DNA of 64,000 nucleotides, from contig CAVWEI010000029.1 in the NCBI GenBank assembly GCA_963753845.1, positions 125 to 64,124 on the forward strand. The letters run 5' to 3'. The stretch comes from an uncultured Gammaproteobacteria bacterium. GTDB taxonomy: Bacteria; Pseudomonadota; Gammaproteobacteria; Chromatiales; Chromatiaceae. The translations under genes were made by a program, and so were the position numbers. The notes below the pieces were generated by a model. That model ran no database searches and was not told the origin of the DNA. It was given only the letters and a program-made list of their open reading frames with translations. This document shows, piece by piece, positions 28,283 through 38,351 of this stretch. Within the stretch, counting starts at the first letter, position 1, and each line of letters begins with the position of its first letter.

Positions 28283-30097
28283 CTAGTCACTATGTCTTGC
28301 AATCTCGTTGAGATCGCTCTCGTCCAGCTCGATTTGCTGGCCCGCTTCGGTCACTTCGCTTTCGCTCGTTGCAAACAGGGTCTGTGCGGCCCGGATCAGG
28401 TCTCTGGAGATGTGGTGAGCAAAGACACTGTCGTTGATCAGCGAGGAGCCCATGGTCGGGGTGACAGTGCCTTGAGCGATCAGTTCGCCCAGGGCCTCCT
28501 GGTTGTTTTTTCTGTCCTCGTCCACCACCAGCCTCAGTGCATTCAGTGACGAAACATCCAGTACTCCGCCGCCGGATTCGCGCATCTCTTCGAGGTCACG
28601 TACGACGAGGCCGATCTGCAACCGCAGCCGGTTGTAAGCCTCACGCATGATCTGGTTGTCGGACCCGACATAACGCGCCAGATTCTCCTGCAACTGCTCG
28701 GTCTCCTTGACCGCCTCCACCAGATGGGTGTTGGCCTCTCTGAGCAGTTGCAAATCAGTTGACGACTCATCCCTGCGGGAAAACTGGGTGCGGCTGATAA
28801 AGGCGACGATGGCGCTGTAGATGCCCTTGATGTGCCTTTCATACATCGCGTCGATGTCAAATTGATGAACTCGTGTCTGAGCTTCGAGCGCCTTTTCAAG
28901 GTCGGCATCGGACAGCACCAGGTCCTTCTTCATGCCGAGTCCGTCGATGACGATGCGCAGCGCGGCCTTGAAGACCCGTTCGGTCTCCATGCGCACAGCC
29001 TGCACGGCGGTGCCCGGGAACTCGGCCGACGACTCGGACAGGTACATTGGCTGGTCCACTTCGGGCTTTTTCTCCGGGAGGATCTTCTCCAGCCAGACAA
29101 CCAGCTTGTTCAGCAGCGGCAGCATCACGACGATGCCCAGAAGGTTGAATATCGTGTGGAATACGGCCAGTTTTAGGGTGTAGTCCTCGTTCGCGATCCC
29201 AACCATGGAAGAAAGCCAGTTCACCAGATCGACCAGTTGATAGATGAATGCGATAGCGATGGCGCCGGTCACCCCGTTGAAGACCAGGTGCGCCCCGGCC
29301 AGGCGCTTGCCGGCCTCGTTGGCGCTCATTGCCCCCAGGATCGCGGTGATCGTGGTGCCCACATTGGCGCCGATGGCCAGCGCCAGCGCATTCTCATAGG
29401 TGATCTGGCCTGCCGCGAGTGCGGTGATCGTCAAGACGAGGGTGGCATGGCTGGACTGCATCACCACGGTGGCGAATATACCTATCGCTGTGAACAGCAG
29501 GACCCCGGGATAACCGGCCACCGCGTATTCAGCCAGGTTGATGGTTTCCTTAAAGGTCTCAAAGCCCTCCTTCATGTAATGGATGCCGAGAAACAGGAAG
29601 CCCAGCCCCGCAAAGATGTAACCGACGCCCTTGAGCGCCTTGGACGACTGAAAAATAAGGATGATGCCAAACACCAGCAGCGGCATCGCATAGGCGGCGA
29701 TGTTGACCTTGAGACCGAATCCGGCAATCAGCCAGGCCCCGGTCGTCGTGCCCAGATTGGCGCCGAAGATGATGCCGATGCCGGCGGTCAGTGTGAGCAA
29801 TCCCGCGCTGAGAAAGGAGATGGTGATCACCGATACCAGGGAGCTGGACTGCATCACCGAAGTGCTGATCACGCCGAACAATACGCTCTTCGCGGTCGAC
29901 GATGTGGCGCGCTTGAGCAGACGATCGAGTGCCCCCCCGGTGAAAGCCCGAAAGCCTTCCTCCAGCGAGAGCATGCCGAAAAGAAAGATCGCAACGCCGG
30001 CGGAGATGGCCTTGAAGTTCGGGCTCACCCAGAATCCGTAGGCAAGGATCAGCAGCATGGTCGGGAGAATGATCTTCTTCAGCATGAACTTGGTCAC
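28283..30097 (-). CDS. Na+/Pi cotransporter family protein with PhoU-like C-terminus
   Basis: Two QSS repeats (VMQSSSL, VMQSSHA), GANLGTT and GANVGTT, HTIFN. Confidence 0.93.
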   Translation of the reverse strand: MTKFMLKKIILPTMLLILAYGFWVSPNFKAISAGVAIFLFGMLSLEEGFRAFTGGALDRLLKRATSSTAKSVLFGVISTSVMQSSSLVSVITISFLSAGLLTLTAGIGIIFGANLGTTTGAWLIAGFGLKVNIAAYAMPLLVFGIILIFQSSKALKGVGYIFAGLGFLFLGIHYMKEGFETFKETINLAEYAVAGYPGVLLFTAIGIFATVVMQSSHATLVLTITALAAGQITYENALALAIGANVGTTITAILGAMSANEAGKRLAGAHLVFNGVTGAIAIAFIYQLVDLVNWLSSMVGIANEDYTLKLAVFHTIFNLLGIVVMLPLLNKLVVWLEKILPEKKPEVDQPMYLSESSAEFPGTAVQAVRMETERVFKAALRIVIDGLGMKKDLVLSDADLEKALEAQTRVHQFDIDAMYERHIKGIYSAIVAFISRTQFSRRDESSTDLQLLREANTHLVEAVKETEQLQENLARYVGSDNQIMREAYNRLRLQIGLVVRDLEEMRESGGGVLDVSSLNALRLVVDEDRKNNQEALGELIAQGTVTPTMGSSLINDSVFAHHISRDLIRAAQTLFATSESEVTEAGQQIELDESDLNEIARHSD

Positions 30098-30612
30098 TCG
30101 GTTGGAATATCGGGTTGCAGGGCGGTCTTGCGAGTCAGCCCGCGCATGTCAGGCATTCGATGGCCTTGAGCGCCTCGCTTCGGAAGGTCTCGTCGGGCGT
30201 TTGTATGGCCGATCGCTGCATGTAGTGACCGCCGTCGACAAGTTTAAGTCACAGTATGGCAGGAATTGTGTGGATTATGGCCTCCGCCGTGCGGCGAGAT
30301 ATCCTGCCTCGAATTGGTTTTCCTTTGCAGTGCAGGAGGTTACGGGTCGATCGGCTTAATCTCCCCCGGTCTTCCGGATGCCGGCTTTTCAGGTGCCGCA
30401 CTCAGGATGGCGAAATCCTTTCCAGGATCGTAAACTCGAATCCAGACAAGAGGGTAGGGGGCGGTCGACCGATTGAGGCAGCCGCCTTCTCTGCTGATAT
30501 CGGCTGCGTTTTGAGGCGCGGCCAACCATTCCGGACAGGGCCGATTGGCAGGGCCAGTGGGGCTGCTCCCCGTGCCCCGTTTGTCCGGGCGAGACAAGGA
30601 AACAGCGTTCCT

Positions 30613-31560
30613 ATGCCTACCAAATCTAAGATGCCTGCACCGGTGACGGCCGATCAGTCCGTGAGCGAGGCACTTGCCACGATCATGCGACACAACTTCG
30701 ACTATCTGCTCACCTGGGAAGATGCTGCACGGAGTTGGGAAGACATCGAGGGTGTGCATCAGTTCCGGGTCACTGTACGCCGTATGCGCTCTGCACTGTC
30801 GCTGTTTCGCAATGCGCTTCCAAAATCGGAGCGCAGCCACTGGTCCGATGAGTTGCGCTGGGTTGCCGGTGAGATGGGTCTCGCCCGGGACCTGGATGTG
30901 TTCATTACGGAAGGTCTGAGTGCCGTTGCCGAAGAACTGCCGCTGAGTGGACGTGAAGGGCTGCTGCGCCTCGCCGAGGAACATCGTGTCCAGGCATACG
31001 AGACCAAGGTTCATACCATGCTGGACAGTGACCGCTACCGTTTATTCAAGGAAGGCTTCGAAGATTGGTTTGAAGGCAGGCGGTGGGAAGCCGGTGAACT
31101 GAAAAAGAAGCAGGCGAAGTTCCTGTCGAAAAACATGGTCGCATTCTCGCGTGAACTCATGGACAAGCAGGAGCGCAAAGTGTTGGCGGCCGGCAGTCAT
31201 GTGAATCGCACCGTCGCCGAGGAAATGCACAGCCTGCGCATCGAGTGCAAGAAGCTGCGCTACGCGGCCGAATTCTTCAGCCCGCTTTTTTTGGGTATGG
31301 ATACCTTCATATCGCATATGAAGGGATTGCAGGACCTGCTTGGACTCCTGAATGACGTGGCGGTCATGCGCCAGCTCCTCGACGAACTCCTGGCGCACGA
31401 GTCCGATCGTGACATCTTCGTTTACGCGGGTGGGCTCATCGGTTGGAGGTCCTGCGACTATCAGCACATGCTCAATCGCTTCGACGCGTACTGGGAAGAG
31501 TTCAACGAGGCCAAGCACCCCTGGTGGAAGAAGTCAGCGCTCGTACAGGCCGGCAGCTGA
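30613..31560 (+). CDS. CHAD domain (polyphosphate-binding) protein
   Basis: EGVHQFRVTVRRMRS, ARDLDV, MHSLRIECKKLRY, LQDLLGLLND. Confidence 0.93.
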   Translation: MPTKSKMPAPVTADQSVSEALATIMRHNFDYLLTWEDAARSWEDIEGVHQFRVTVRRMRSALSLFRNALPKSERSHWSDELRWVAGEMGLARDLDVFITEGLSAVAEELPLSGREGLLRLAEEHRVQAYETKVHTMLDSDRYRLFKEGFEDWFEGRRWEAGELKKKQAKFLSKNMVAFSRELMDKQERKVLAAGSHVNRTVAEEMHSLRIECKKLRYAAEFFSPLFLGMDTFISHMKGLQDLLGLLNDVAVMRQLLDELLAHESDRDIFVYAGGLIGWRSCDYQHMLNRFDAYWEEFNEAKHPWWKKSALVQAGS

Positions 31561-31606
31561 CCCGATATCGCAGCCCTGTGCGCGCATGAGGCCTGAGGAA
31601 TTGTCG

Positions 31607-32140
31607 TCAAAGATCGCTCTTTGACGATTTTTCCTTCTTCTGCTTCCGCTTCTTCTTGTCCTTCTTCTTTCGTTTGTGCTTTTCTTTTTTCGGCTTTTCT
31701 TTTTCGCTCGTGCCGTTGGATAGGTCCACGCGAAGCTTCTGTTGCTGCTTGTATTCGCGCAGCGTGGCCAGGGCGTTCTCGATGTAGCTGCGCGTGGTGA
31801 CCTCTTTGCTGAGGTAGCGATGCAGGAGATAGAGCCACTGCTCGTGGATTTCGCACTGCTCGGCGGCACCAAGGTCGGCCAGCGGGCAATCGGCGCAGCG
31901 CAGATAGACCGTGCGGCTAGCGACCGCGTTCCTCTCCCAGTCGCGCCGGTAACGCTTGGCGTGCTGGCCGATCCATTCCATGGCCTTGGCGCCATGTTCC
32001 TCGTGCGGAAAGGGGGCGAGGTATTGCCTCATCGCCTTGAGTTGACGTTGCAGGAACTCGTCGGTGTCCGACCCCGAATCTTCGGTGTCGACGACAAGGC
32101 GCAGGATCAGAGCGATCATTGGGTCATCTATGACGAACAT
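31607..32140 (-). CDS. Hypothetical protein with CxxC..C..H motif and poly-Lys tail
   Basis: MFVIDDP.., RCADCPL..QCEIH, tail KEKPKKEKHKRKKKDKKKRKQKKEK. Confidence 0.75.
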   Translation of the reverse strand: MFVIDDPMIALILRLVVDTEDSGSDTDEFLQRQLKAMRQYLAPFPHEEHGAKAMEWIGQHAKRYRRDWERNAVASRTVYLRCADCPLADLGAAEQCEIHEQWLYLLHRYLSKEVTTRSYIENALATLREYKQQQKLRVDLSNGTSEKEKPKKEKHKRKKKDKKKRKQKKEKSSKSDL

Positions 32141-32383
32141 GGTGACAGCATCGGTGATTCTTCGGGTATGGGTGGACAAGGGATGGGTTGGTTTCCGCGG
32201 CCTGCCTATCCAGAGGGCGTGCGGCCTGGAATGAAACCTAACATCCGCCGGCCCCCGCTTGCTTTGTCCGTTGTCAAGCTCCAGGCAAGTCACCTGCAGG
32301 TGCAAGCCCTCGGCATGGGGCTGCTGCGGGAGGCTGTGCCGGGAAGCAGGTTCTCGGTTAAAGTGCCGCTTTCGGAAAGTACA

Positions 32384-32821
32384 ATGGCCAGGAAAATAGC
32401 CTTATTTATCGTGTGCTGGCTGCTTGTTTCGACGGCCTATGCGCAAGCACCGGAAAATGGCGTGGCTGCCGGTTATCAGGTTCATCCCGTCGGCTGGATT
32501 CGCAAGTCCGATGGCCGGACCTTGATTGAGGTGGACGAAAAGTACCGGGCCGCCATGCTGGGTCTGGACGATCTGGATTCGATCTGGGTTCTGTACTGGT
32601 TCGACCGCAACGACACCCCGGCAAAGCGCGCGATACTCCAGGTGCACCCGCGAGGGAATCCGGACAACCCGCTGCGCGGTGTCTTCGCCACCCGGGCCCC
32701 GGTGCGCCCGAACCTTATCGCCCTGAGCCGATGTCACGTGCTGTCGGTCGAGGGGAACATCATCGAGATAGATGAAATCGATGCCTTTGCCGACACCCCG
32801 GTTCTGGATATCAAGCCATGA
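32384..32821 (+). CDS. TrmO/TsaA (YaeB-like) SAM-binding protein with N-terminal signal peptide
   Basis: PVGWI, IWVLYWFD, RGVFATRAPVRPNLIALS, IDAFADTPVLDIKP. Confidence 0.88.
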   Translation: MARKIALFIVCWLLVSTAYAQAPENGVAAGYQVHPVGWIRKSDGRTLIEVDEKYRAAMLGLDDLDSIWVLYWFDRNDTPAKRAILQVHPRGNPDNPLRGVFATRAPVRPNLIALSRCHVLSVEGNIIEIDEIDAFADTPVLDIKP

Positions 32822-32865
32822 GCCGGAATCGTCCCGATGCCGGTATGAACCTGGTGGTGCCTTAG

Positions 32866-33171
32866 ATGCCCGGATCTTCTGAAACCGCCGTTAGCTGTAC
32901 AAATTGCGAGGCCTGCTGTTGCCGGCTGGAGGTCATGCTCATTTTCGACTCCGGCGTACCGGATCGATTCGTTGCGATCGACGAGTGGGGCGGCATGACC
33001 ATGGCGCGGCTGGAGGATGGCTGGTGTGCGGCACTGGACCGAAACACCCTGCTTTGCTCCATCTATGAACAACGGCCGCTGATCTGCCGTGATTTCGAGA
33101 TGGGCGGCTACGATTGTCTTGCCGAGCGTACCGCCTGCCGGGAGCGGGTGGGCCAAACACCGAGGTCCTGA
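32866..33171 (+). CDS. YkgJ-family Cys-cluster protein
   Basis: CTNCEACCC, DGWCAALD, CSIYEQRPLICR. Confidence 0.88.
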   Translation: MPGSSETAVSCTNCEACCCRLEVMLIFDSGVPDRFVAIDEWGGMTMARLEDGWCAALDRNTLLCSIYEQRPLICRDFEMGGYDCLAERTACRERVGQTPRS

Positions 33172-33261
33172 GTTCGTCAATACCCCGTGTTTGTCTGGGC
33201 CGGGTAACTGCGCCGCTATTTCCTGATAACCTGCGGCTTTGATTTTTTTGGAATTCGCCGA

Positions 33262-34392
33262 ATGGAAACAGACAACATCGAGGCGCGTGAACAATTGCCG
33301 AAACATCTGACCGATTTGCTGATTCGCGTTGGCCTGATGGGCTTCCTGCTGGTCATGTGCGTGCGCATATTGATGCCGTTCATGGGTCTGATCTTGTGGG
33401 CGCTGATCCTCGCGGTCACCCTTTACCCTTTGCACAAAAGTCTGGCGAAGCGGCTCGGTGGGAGCCAGGGGCGGGCGGCGACCCTGTTGGTGCTGGTCTG
33501 CGTGGTGGCGATCGGCCTGCCAACCATCCTCCTGGGGTCGTCCTTTGCAGGGTTCGTCCACGAAGCGCACGCCACCTTCGAGAACGAAACCTTCCATATA
33601 CCCCCCCCGGCGCCGTCCGTGGAAGACTGGCCATTGATAGGTGAAAGCGTTCATCGCGTCTGGACCCAGGCGGCAACGGACCTGCCGGCACTCCTGGAAA
33701 AACTGCAGCCACAGCTGATGAATTTCTCCAAGTCCCTGCTGTCGATGGCGGCAGGGATGGCGGGTGATCTGCTGATGTTCCTGGGTTCGCTGGTAATTGC
33801 CGGAATCATGCTGGCCTATGGTGAATCCGGCAGCGCGGCAATGCTGGCGATCATCAGGCGAATGGCAGGCCCGGAAAAAGCCGGTTCGTTGCACAGCCTC
33901 TCGACCGCCACGATCCGCTCGGTCGCGACCGGGGTGATCGGCGTGGCATTCATCCAGGCCGTGTTGCTGGGCGGTGGTTTTATGGCCGCCGGTATCCCCG
34001 CCGCGGGCATGCTGGCGGTACTGGTTCTGCTGTTGGGTATTGCGCAACTGCCCGCACTGCTCATTTCGTTGCCCGCAATCGGCTACCTTTGGTGGAGCGG
34101 AGACTCCACCGTGATGAACACCGTCTTCACGGTATATCTGCTCGTTGCCGGCATGACCGACAATGTACTCAAGCCGCTGCTGCTCGGCCGTGGGGTCGAG
34201 GCGCCCATGCCGGTCATCCTGCTGGGCGCCCTGGGGGGCATGGTTTCCGGGGGGCTGATCGGTTTGTTCCTTGGTGCGGTACTGCTCGCTTTGGGCTATC
34301 AGCTGTTCATGGCCTGGGTCGCTGAAGCCGAACCCGCCGCATCAGAGCCGATTGCGCCAGAAGCCGCGGATGCCCGGCCGGCCGGCAAATAG
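33262..34392 (+). CDS. AI-2E family transporter (YdiK-like)
   Basis: Multi-TM, DNVLKPLLLGRG..PM..GG...GLIGLFLG. Confidence 0.9.
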   Translation: METDNIEAREQLPKHLTDLLIRVGLMGFLLVMCVRILMPFMGLILWALILAVTLYPLHKSLAKRLGGSQGRAATLLVLVCVVAIGLPTILLGSSFAGFVHEAHATFENETFHIPPPAPSVEDWPLIGESVHRVWTQAATDLPALLEKLQPQLMNFSKSLLSMAAGMAGDLLMFLGSLVIAGIMLAYGESGSAAMLAIIRRMAGPEKAGSLHSLSTATIRSVATGVIGVAFIQAVLLGGGFMAAGIPAAGMLAVLVLLLGIAQLPALLISLPAIGYLWWSGDSTVMNTVFTVYLLVAGMTDNVLKPLLLGRGVEAPMPVILLGALGGMVSGGLIGLFLGAVLLALGYQLFMAWVAEAEPAASEPIAPEAADARPAGK

Positions 34393-34400
34393 TCTGCCCG

Positions 34401-35969
34401 GTGCCCCGGTCGTTTTGCCAGCTGCTGCCCCGTCTGGCCTTACTGGGCAAGGTGGCGGTGCTGGGTGCCTGCACCACGCTGGGGCCTGATTACGAGAGAC
34501 CCGAGGTCAACTGGCTGGACCGATGGCATTCCTCTGTGCCCGGACTTGCACATACGCAGGCCGACAAACAGGTCGATCTGCAATTCTGGTGGCAGGCGTT
34601 CAACGATCCGGTCCTGAATCAGCTGATCGAAAAGGCCCATCAGGCGAACCCTTCGCTGCTGATTGCCGGCTTGCGCATCCTCGAGAGCCGTGCCCTGCTG
34701 GGAATTGCGGGGAGCAACCTGTATCCGCAGGTGCAGCAGGCCAACGGCGCGGTCAGTTATGTCAACACGCAGCAGCGCGGCGGTTCCCTGCCCGACGACA
34801 GCCAGAGCCTGGCCAGTTACCAGCTGGGGTTCAACCTGTCCTGGGAGCTGGATTTCTGGGGGCGATTCAAACGCGGCGTAGAGTCTGCGGATGCATCCTT
34901 CTTCGCCTCCATCGAGGACCAGCAGGAGATTCAGGTGCTGGTCAGTGCCCAGGTCGCTGATCTCTATTTCGCCTACCGCACGATCCAGTCGCGAATCGGC
35001 ATAGCTCGTAAGAACGCGGCGATCCAGAAACGCAGCTACGAAATAACCGAAAAGATCTTCAAAAGCGGCGGGGATTCCGAACTCGACCTGCAGCAGGCCA
35101 AGACCCAGTACCTGGTCACCCTGTCGACGATACCGCAACTCCAGATCGAGCTTGCCAAGACCCGCAATGCGCTGTGTGCCGTGCTGGGTCGTGCACCTGG
35201 CGACCTGCCCGAGATGGCCGGCGAGACAAATGAACTGCCGGACATCGGATCGACCGCCCTCCCGGACATTCCGGCCCGGTTGCTGCTGCGCCGGCCCGAC
35301 GTGCGTGCCGCCGCCTCCCAAGTCGCGGCGCAGTCGGCGCAGATCGGTATTGCCGAGTCAGATTTCTATCCGGCGATTGCGCTGCTGGGAAATGTCGCAT
35401 GGTCAGGGACCACCCTCGGCGCCAGCCCGGATATCGGCAGCCTGGCGATCGGCCCGGCAGTGCGTTGGAACCTGTTCGACCATGGACGGATCAGCAACAA
35501 TGTGCGGCTCCAGGACGCGCGCCTGCAGCAGTTGATCGAGAGTTATCAGAACACGGTGCTGCAGGCCGCGCGCGAAGTCGATGATGCCGGCGTCAGCGTG
35601 GTCAAGACCGTGGAGCAGCAGGCCCTGATCCTGCAATCCGTGGACGCCGCGCAGCGGGCCCTGGATATTGCAAATACGCGTTACCGCGAAGGTTATGCGG
35701 ATTTTCAGCGGGTGCTGGATGCGCAGCGGGCTCTGTTTTCACAGGCAGAGCGCCAACTCATCAACCACGGGACCTACCTCAGTTCAGTCGTCAGTCTTTA
35801 CAAGGGGCTTGGCGGTGGATGGCAGGCGACTCCGATCGATCAATTGATACCGGAAGAGATTCGTAAGCAGATGGAGCAGCGTACCGACTGGGGCAACCTG
35901 CTGACTGCGCCCCTGCCTCCGGGCGGGGTTTATCCACAACAGACGTCCGGGGCTTCGAAGCATGAGTGA
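34401..35969 (+). CDS. NodT/OprM-type outer-membrane efflux lipoprotein
   Basis: Lipobox LGAC, GPDYERP, WWQAFNDP, SWELDFWG, RRPDVRAA, LYKGLGGGW. Confidence 0.95.
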   Translation: MPRSFCQLLPRLALLGKVAVLGACTTLGPDYERPEVNWLDRWHSSVPGLAHTQADKQVDLQFWWQAFNDPVLNQLIEKAHQANPSLLIAGLRILESRALLGIAGSNLYPQVQQANGAVSYVNTQQRGGSLPDDSQSLASYQLGFNLSWELDFWGRFKRGVESADASFFASIEDQQEIQVLVSAQVADLYFAYRTIQSRIGIARKNAAIQKRSYEITEKIFKSGGDSELDLQQAKTQYLVTLSTIPQLQIELAKTRNALCAVLGRAPGDLPEMAGETNELPDIGSTALPDIPARLLLRRPDVRAAASQVAAQSAQIGIAESDFYPAIALLGNVAWSGTTLGASPDIGSLAIGPAVRWNLFDHGRISNNVRLQDARLQQLIESYQNTVLQAAREVDDAGVSVVKTVEQQALILQSVDAAQRALDIANTRYREGYADFQRVLDAQRALFSQAERQLINHGTYLSSVVSLYKGLGGGWQATPIDQLIPEEIRKQMEQRTDWGNLLTAPLPPGGVYPQQTSGASKHE

Positions 35970-37098
35970 GCAAGAGCAGGCAGCCGTTGAAGAGGAGGAC
36001 AGGCCCGAAGCGGAGACATCCGCCGCCGGTTCAGTAAGGAAGGGTGTTCTGTTGATCCTTGCGGTGATCCTACTCAGCCTTGCCTGGTACCTCGTCTCCG
36101 ACCGCTATACCCCCTATACCCGGCAGGCTCGAGTCCAGGGGTTCGTGGTCGGCGTGGCGCCCAAGGTTGGGGGGCTGGTCACCCGCGTATGGGTGAAGAA
36201 CAACCAGGAGGTCGATGCGGGTGACCCGCTGTTCGAGATCGACCCATCGCAATACGAGATCGCCCTGCAACGGGCCGAGTCAGATCTGCAGAATACCCGC
36301 AGCCAGGTCGATGCCGGCGGTGCCGGGGTGGAGTCGGCGCAGGCCAATCTGCGGAAGGCAATGGCCAACGAAGTGAAGGCGAGACAGGATGCTGAGCGCC
36401 AGCAGCGGCTGTATCGAGAGGACCCCGGGACCATCTCGGTGCGCCGCCTGGAGATCTCGCAGGCTACGCTGGAAGCGGCTCGGGCGAGCGTGGATGCGGC
36501 CAAGGCCGAGGTCCAGCGTGCCGTCGACCAGGTGGGCGGAACGATCGACAACAATGCCCAGCTCAAGACCGCGCTGACCGCGGTCGAAAAGGCGGCGCTC
36601 GATCTTTCCAATACGGTGGTGAGGGCGTCTTCACGCGGGGTGATCACCGACCTGCGGGCCGATGTCGGTCAGTATGCCAATGCGGGCGCGGCGGTGATGA
36701 CCCTGATCGCCATCCAGGATGTGTGGATCGATGCCGAGTTTACAGAGAACAACCTCGGTCACCTGCGGATCGGCAGCCCGGTGGAAATGGCACTCGATGC
36801 CCTGCCGGGACAGATATTTGGGGGCAAGATACGCAGCATCGGCCTGGGCGTGAGTGGCGGCCAGGCGCAGGCCGCTGGTACGCTGCCGACTATCAAGAAC
36901 AATCGTGACTGGTTGCGCCAGTCGCAGCGATTCCCGGTGGTCATAGGTTTCGATCCGGGGCAGCAGGCGGAACTGCGCGACCATGTGCGCATCGGGGGGC
37001 AGGTCGATGTCATTGCATTCAGTGAAGGACACCCGCTGCTTCGGATGTTGGGCAAGGCCTACATAAGGCTGATGAGCTGGCTGTCCTATGCGTACTGA
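35962..37098 (+). CDS. HlyD/EmrA-family membrane fusion protein
   Basis: TM anchor, DRYTPYT, VAPKVGG, LFEIDP, WLRQSQRFPV. Confidence 0.93.
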   Translation: MSEQEQAAVEEEDRPEAETSAAGSVRKGVLLILAVILLSLAWYLVSDRYTPYTRQARVQGFVVGVAPKVGGLVTRVWVKNNQEVDAGDPLFEIDPSQYEIALQRAESDLQNTRSQVDAGGAGVESAQANLRKAMANEVKARQDAERQQRLYREDPGTISVRRLEISQATLEAARASVDAAKAEVQRAVDQVGGTIDNNAQLKTALTAVEKAALDLSNTVVRASSRGVITDLRADVGQYANAGAAVMTLIAIQDVWIDAEFTENNLGHLRIGSPVEMALDALPGQIFGGKIRSIGLGVSGGQAQAAGTLPTIKNNRDWLRQSQRFPVVIGFDPGQQAELRDHVRIGGQVDVIAFSEGHPLLRMLGKAYIRLMSWLSYAY

Positions 37099-37110
37099 CC
37101 GCAGCTGACG

Positions 37111-38157
37111 ATGCCTATCCAGGCCCGGCGCATATTCCGCCTGAGTCTCAGCGTGGCCCTGGCCCTGGCCTGTGCGTATGCCATGCAGTTGCCGCTGCCT
37201 TTTCTGGCGCCATTGTTCGCGTTCCTGCTGTTCACTAAGCCAGGGCCGCCGATGGGCGTGAAGGGCCTGTTCGGGCTGATCCTGGTGGTTGTGATAGCAC
37301 TCGGCTTGGGGCTGTTGCTCATCCCGATTCTGCTGGAGTACCCGTTGGCTGCAGTACTGCTGGTTGCGCTCGGTCTGTACCTCAGTTTCTATGTGACTGT
37401 GAACATGGGCAAGGCCCTGCTCGGGACGCTTCTCACCATCGGCTTCACCCTGATCTCTGCCGCCGGTCTGGTCAGCTATCCGCTGGCGACCACGGTCATT
37501 CAATCCCTGGTGGCCGGCATCGGCGTTGCCGTGGTCTGCCACTGGATGGTGTATCCCTGGTTTCCTGAGGACCCCGCCCCATCCGGGCCGGCCGCGGCAG
37601 CAAAACCGGATGCCGGAAAGTCCAACTGGATCGCCTTGCGGGCCACCCTGATCGTGTTGCCGGCATACCTGCTGGCGCTGACCAACCCGTCCATGTATCT
37701 CGCCATCATCATGAAGACTGTCTCATTGAGTCAGCAAAGCACCCTGGTGGACGCGCACAGCGCCGGTCGCGAACTGCTCGGGTCCACCTTTCTGGGTGGC
37801 TGTTTCGCGGTGCTGTTCTGGGGGATGCTGGGTATCTCCACCAACCTCTGGATGTTTTTCTGGCTCATGTTGCTGTTCGGCGTGTATTTTTCCAGCAAGA
37901 TATACGGGCTACTGCGCAGTCGTTTCCCGGCCTCATTCTGGATGAACACCGCCATCACCATGCTGATCCTGCTGGGCCCAGCAGTGGAGGACAGCGACAA
38001 CGGCAAGGATGTTTACACGGCATTCCTCGTGCGCATGGGCCTGTTTGTTGCTGTCACCCTGTACGCATGGTTCGCGGTGTATGCCCTGGAGCACCTGCGG
38101 GAGCGTCGGCGCCCCAAATTCCCCCGTCTGAACGAAGCACGGTCCCCGACCGGCTGA
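37111..38157 (+). CDS. DUF2955/FUSC-like inner-membrane efflux component
   Basis: About 10 TMs in two repeats, third gene of the OMF-MFP operon. Confidence 0.75.
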   Translation: MPIQARRIFRLSLSVALALACAYAMQLPLPFLAPLFAFLLFTKPGPPMGVKGLFGLILVVVIALGLGLLLIPILLEYPLAAVLLVALGLYLSFYVTVNMGKALLGTLLTIGFTLISAAGLVSYPLATTVIQSLVAGIGVAVVCHWMVYPWFPEDPAPSGPAAAAKPDAGKSNWIALRATLIVLPAYLLALTNPSMYLAIIMKTVSLSQQSTLVDAHSAGRELLGSTFLGGCFAVLFWGMLGISTNLWMFFWLMLLFGVYFSSKIYGLLRSRFPASFWMNTAITMLILLGPAVEDSDNGKDVYTAFLVRMGLFVAVTLYAWFAVYALEHLRERRRPKFPRLNEARSPTG

Positions 38158-38351
38158 TCCAACCGCAGGGTCGCCCGGCATTCGTTGGATTTCGGTTCCA
38201 TCAGCGAAGTCAGGCTGCGCAAAGACGCTGCGGTTTTCTCCTCGTCTGCCGTCAATGTCAGGTATGTCATCGATCCTCTTGCCACGGGAGTTGTAGTGAA
38301 CTTGGGCAAAGCGGTTGCCAGATCGCGGAAAAGACGCAACAGTTGTTGTAC

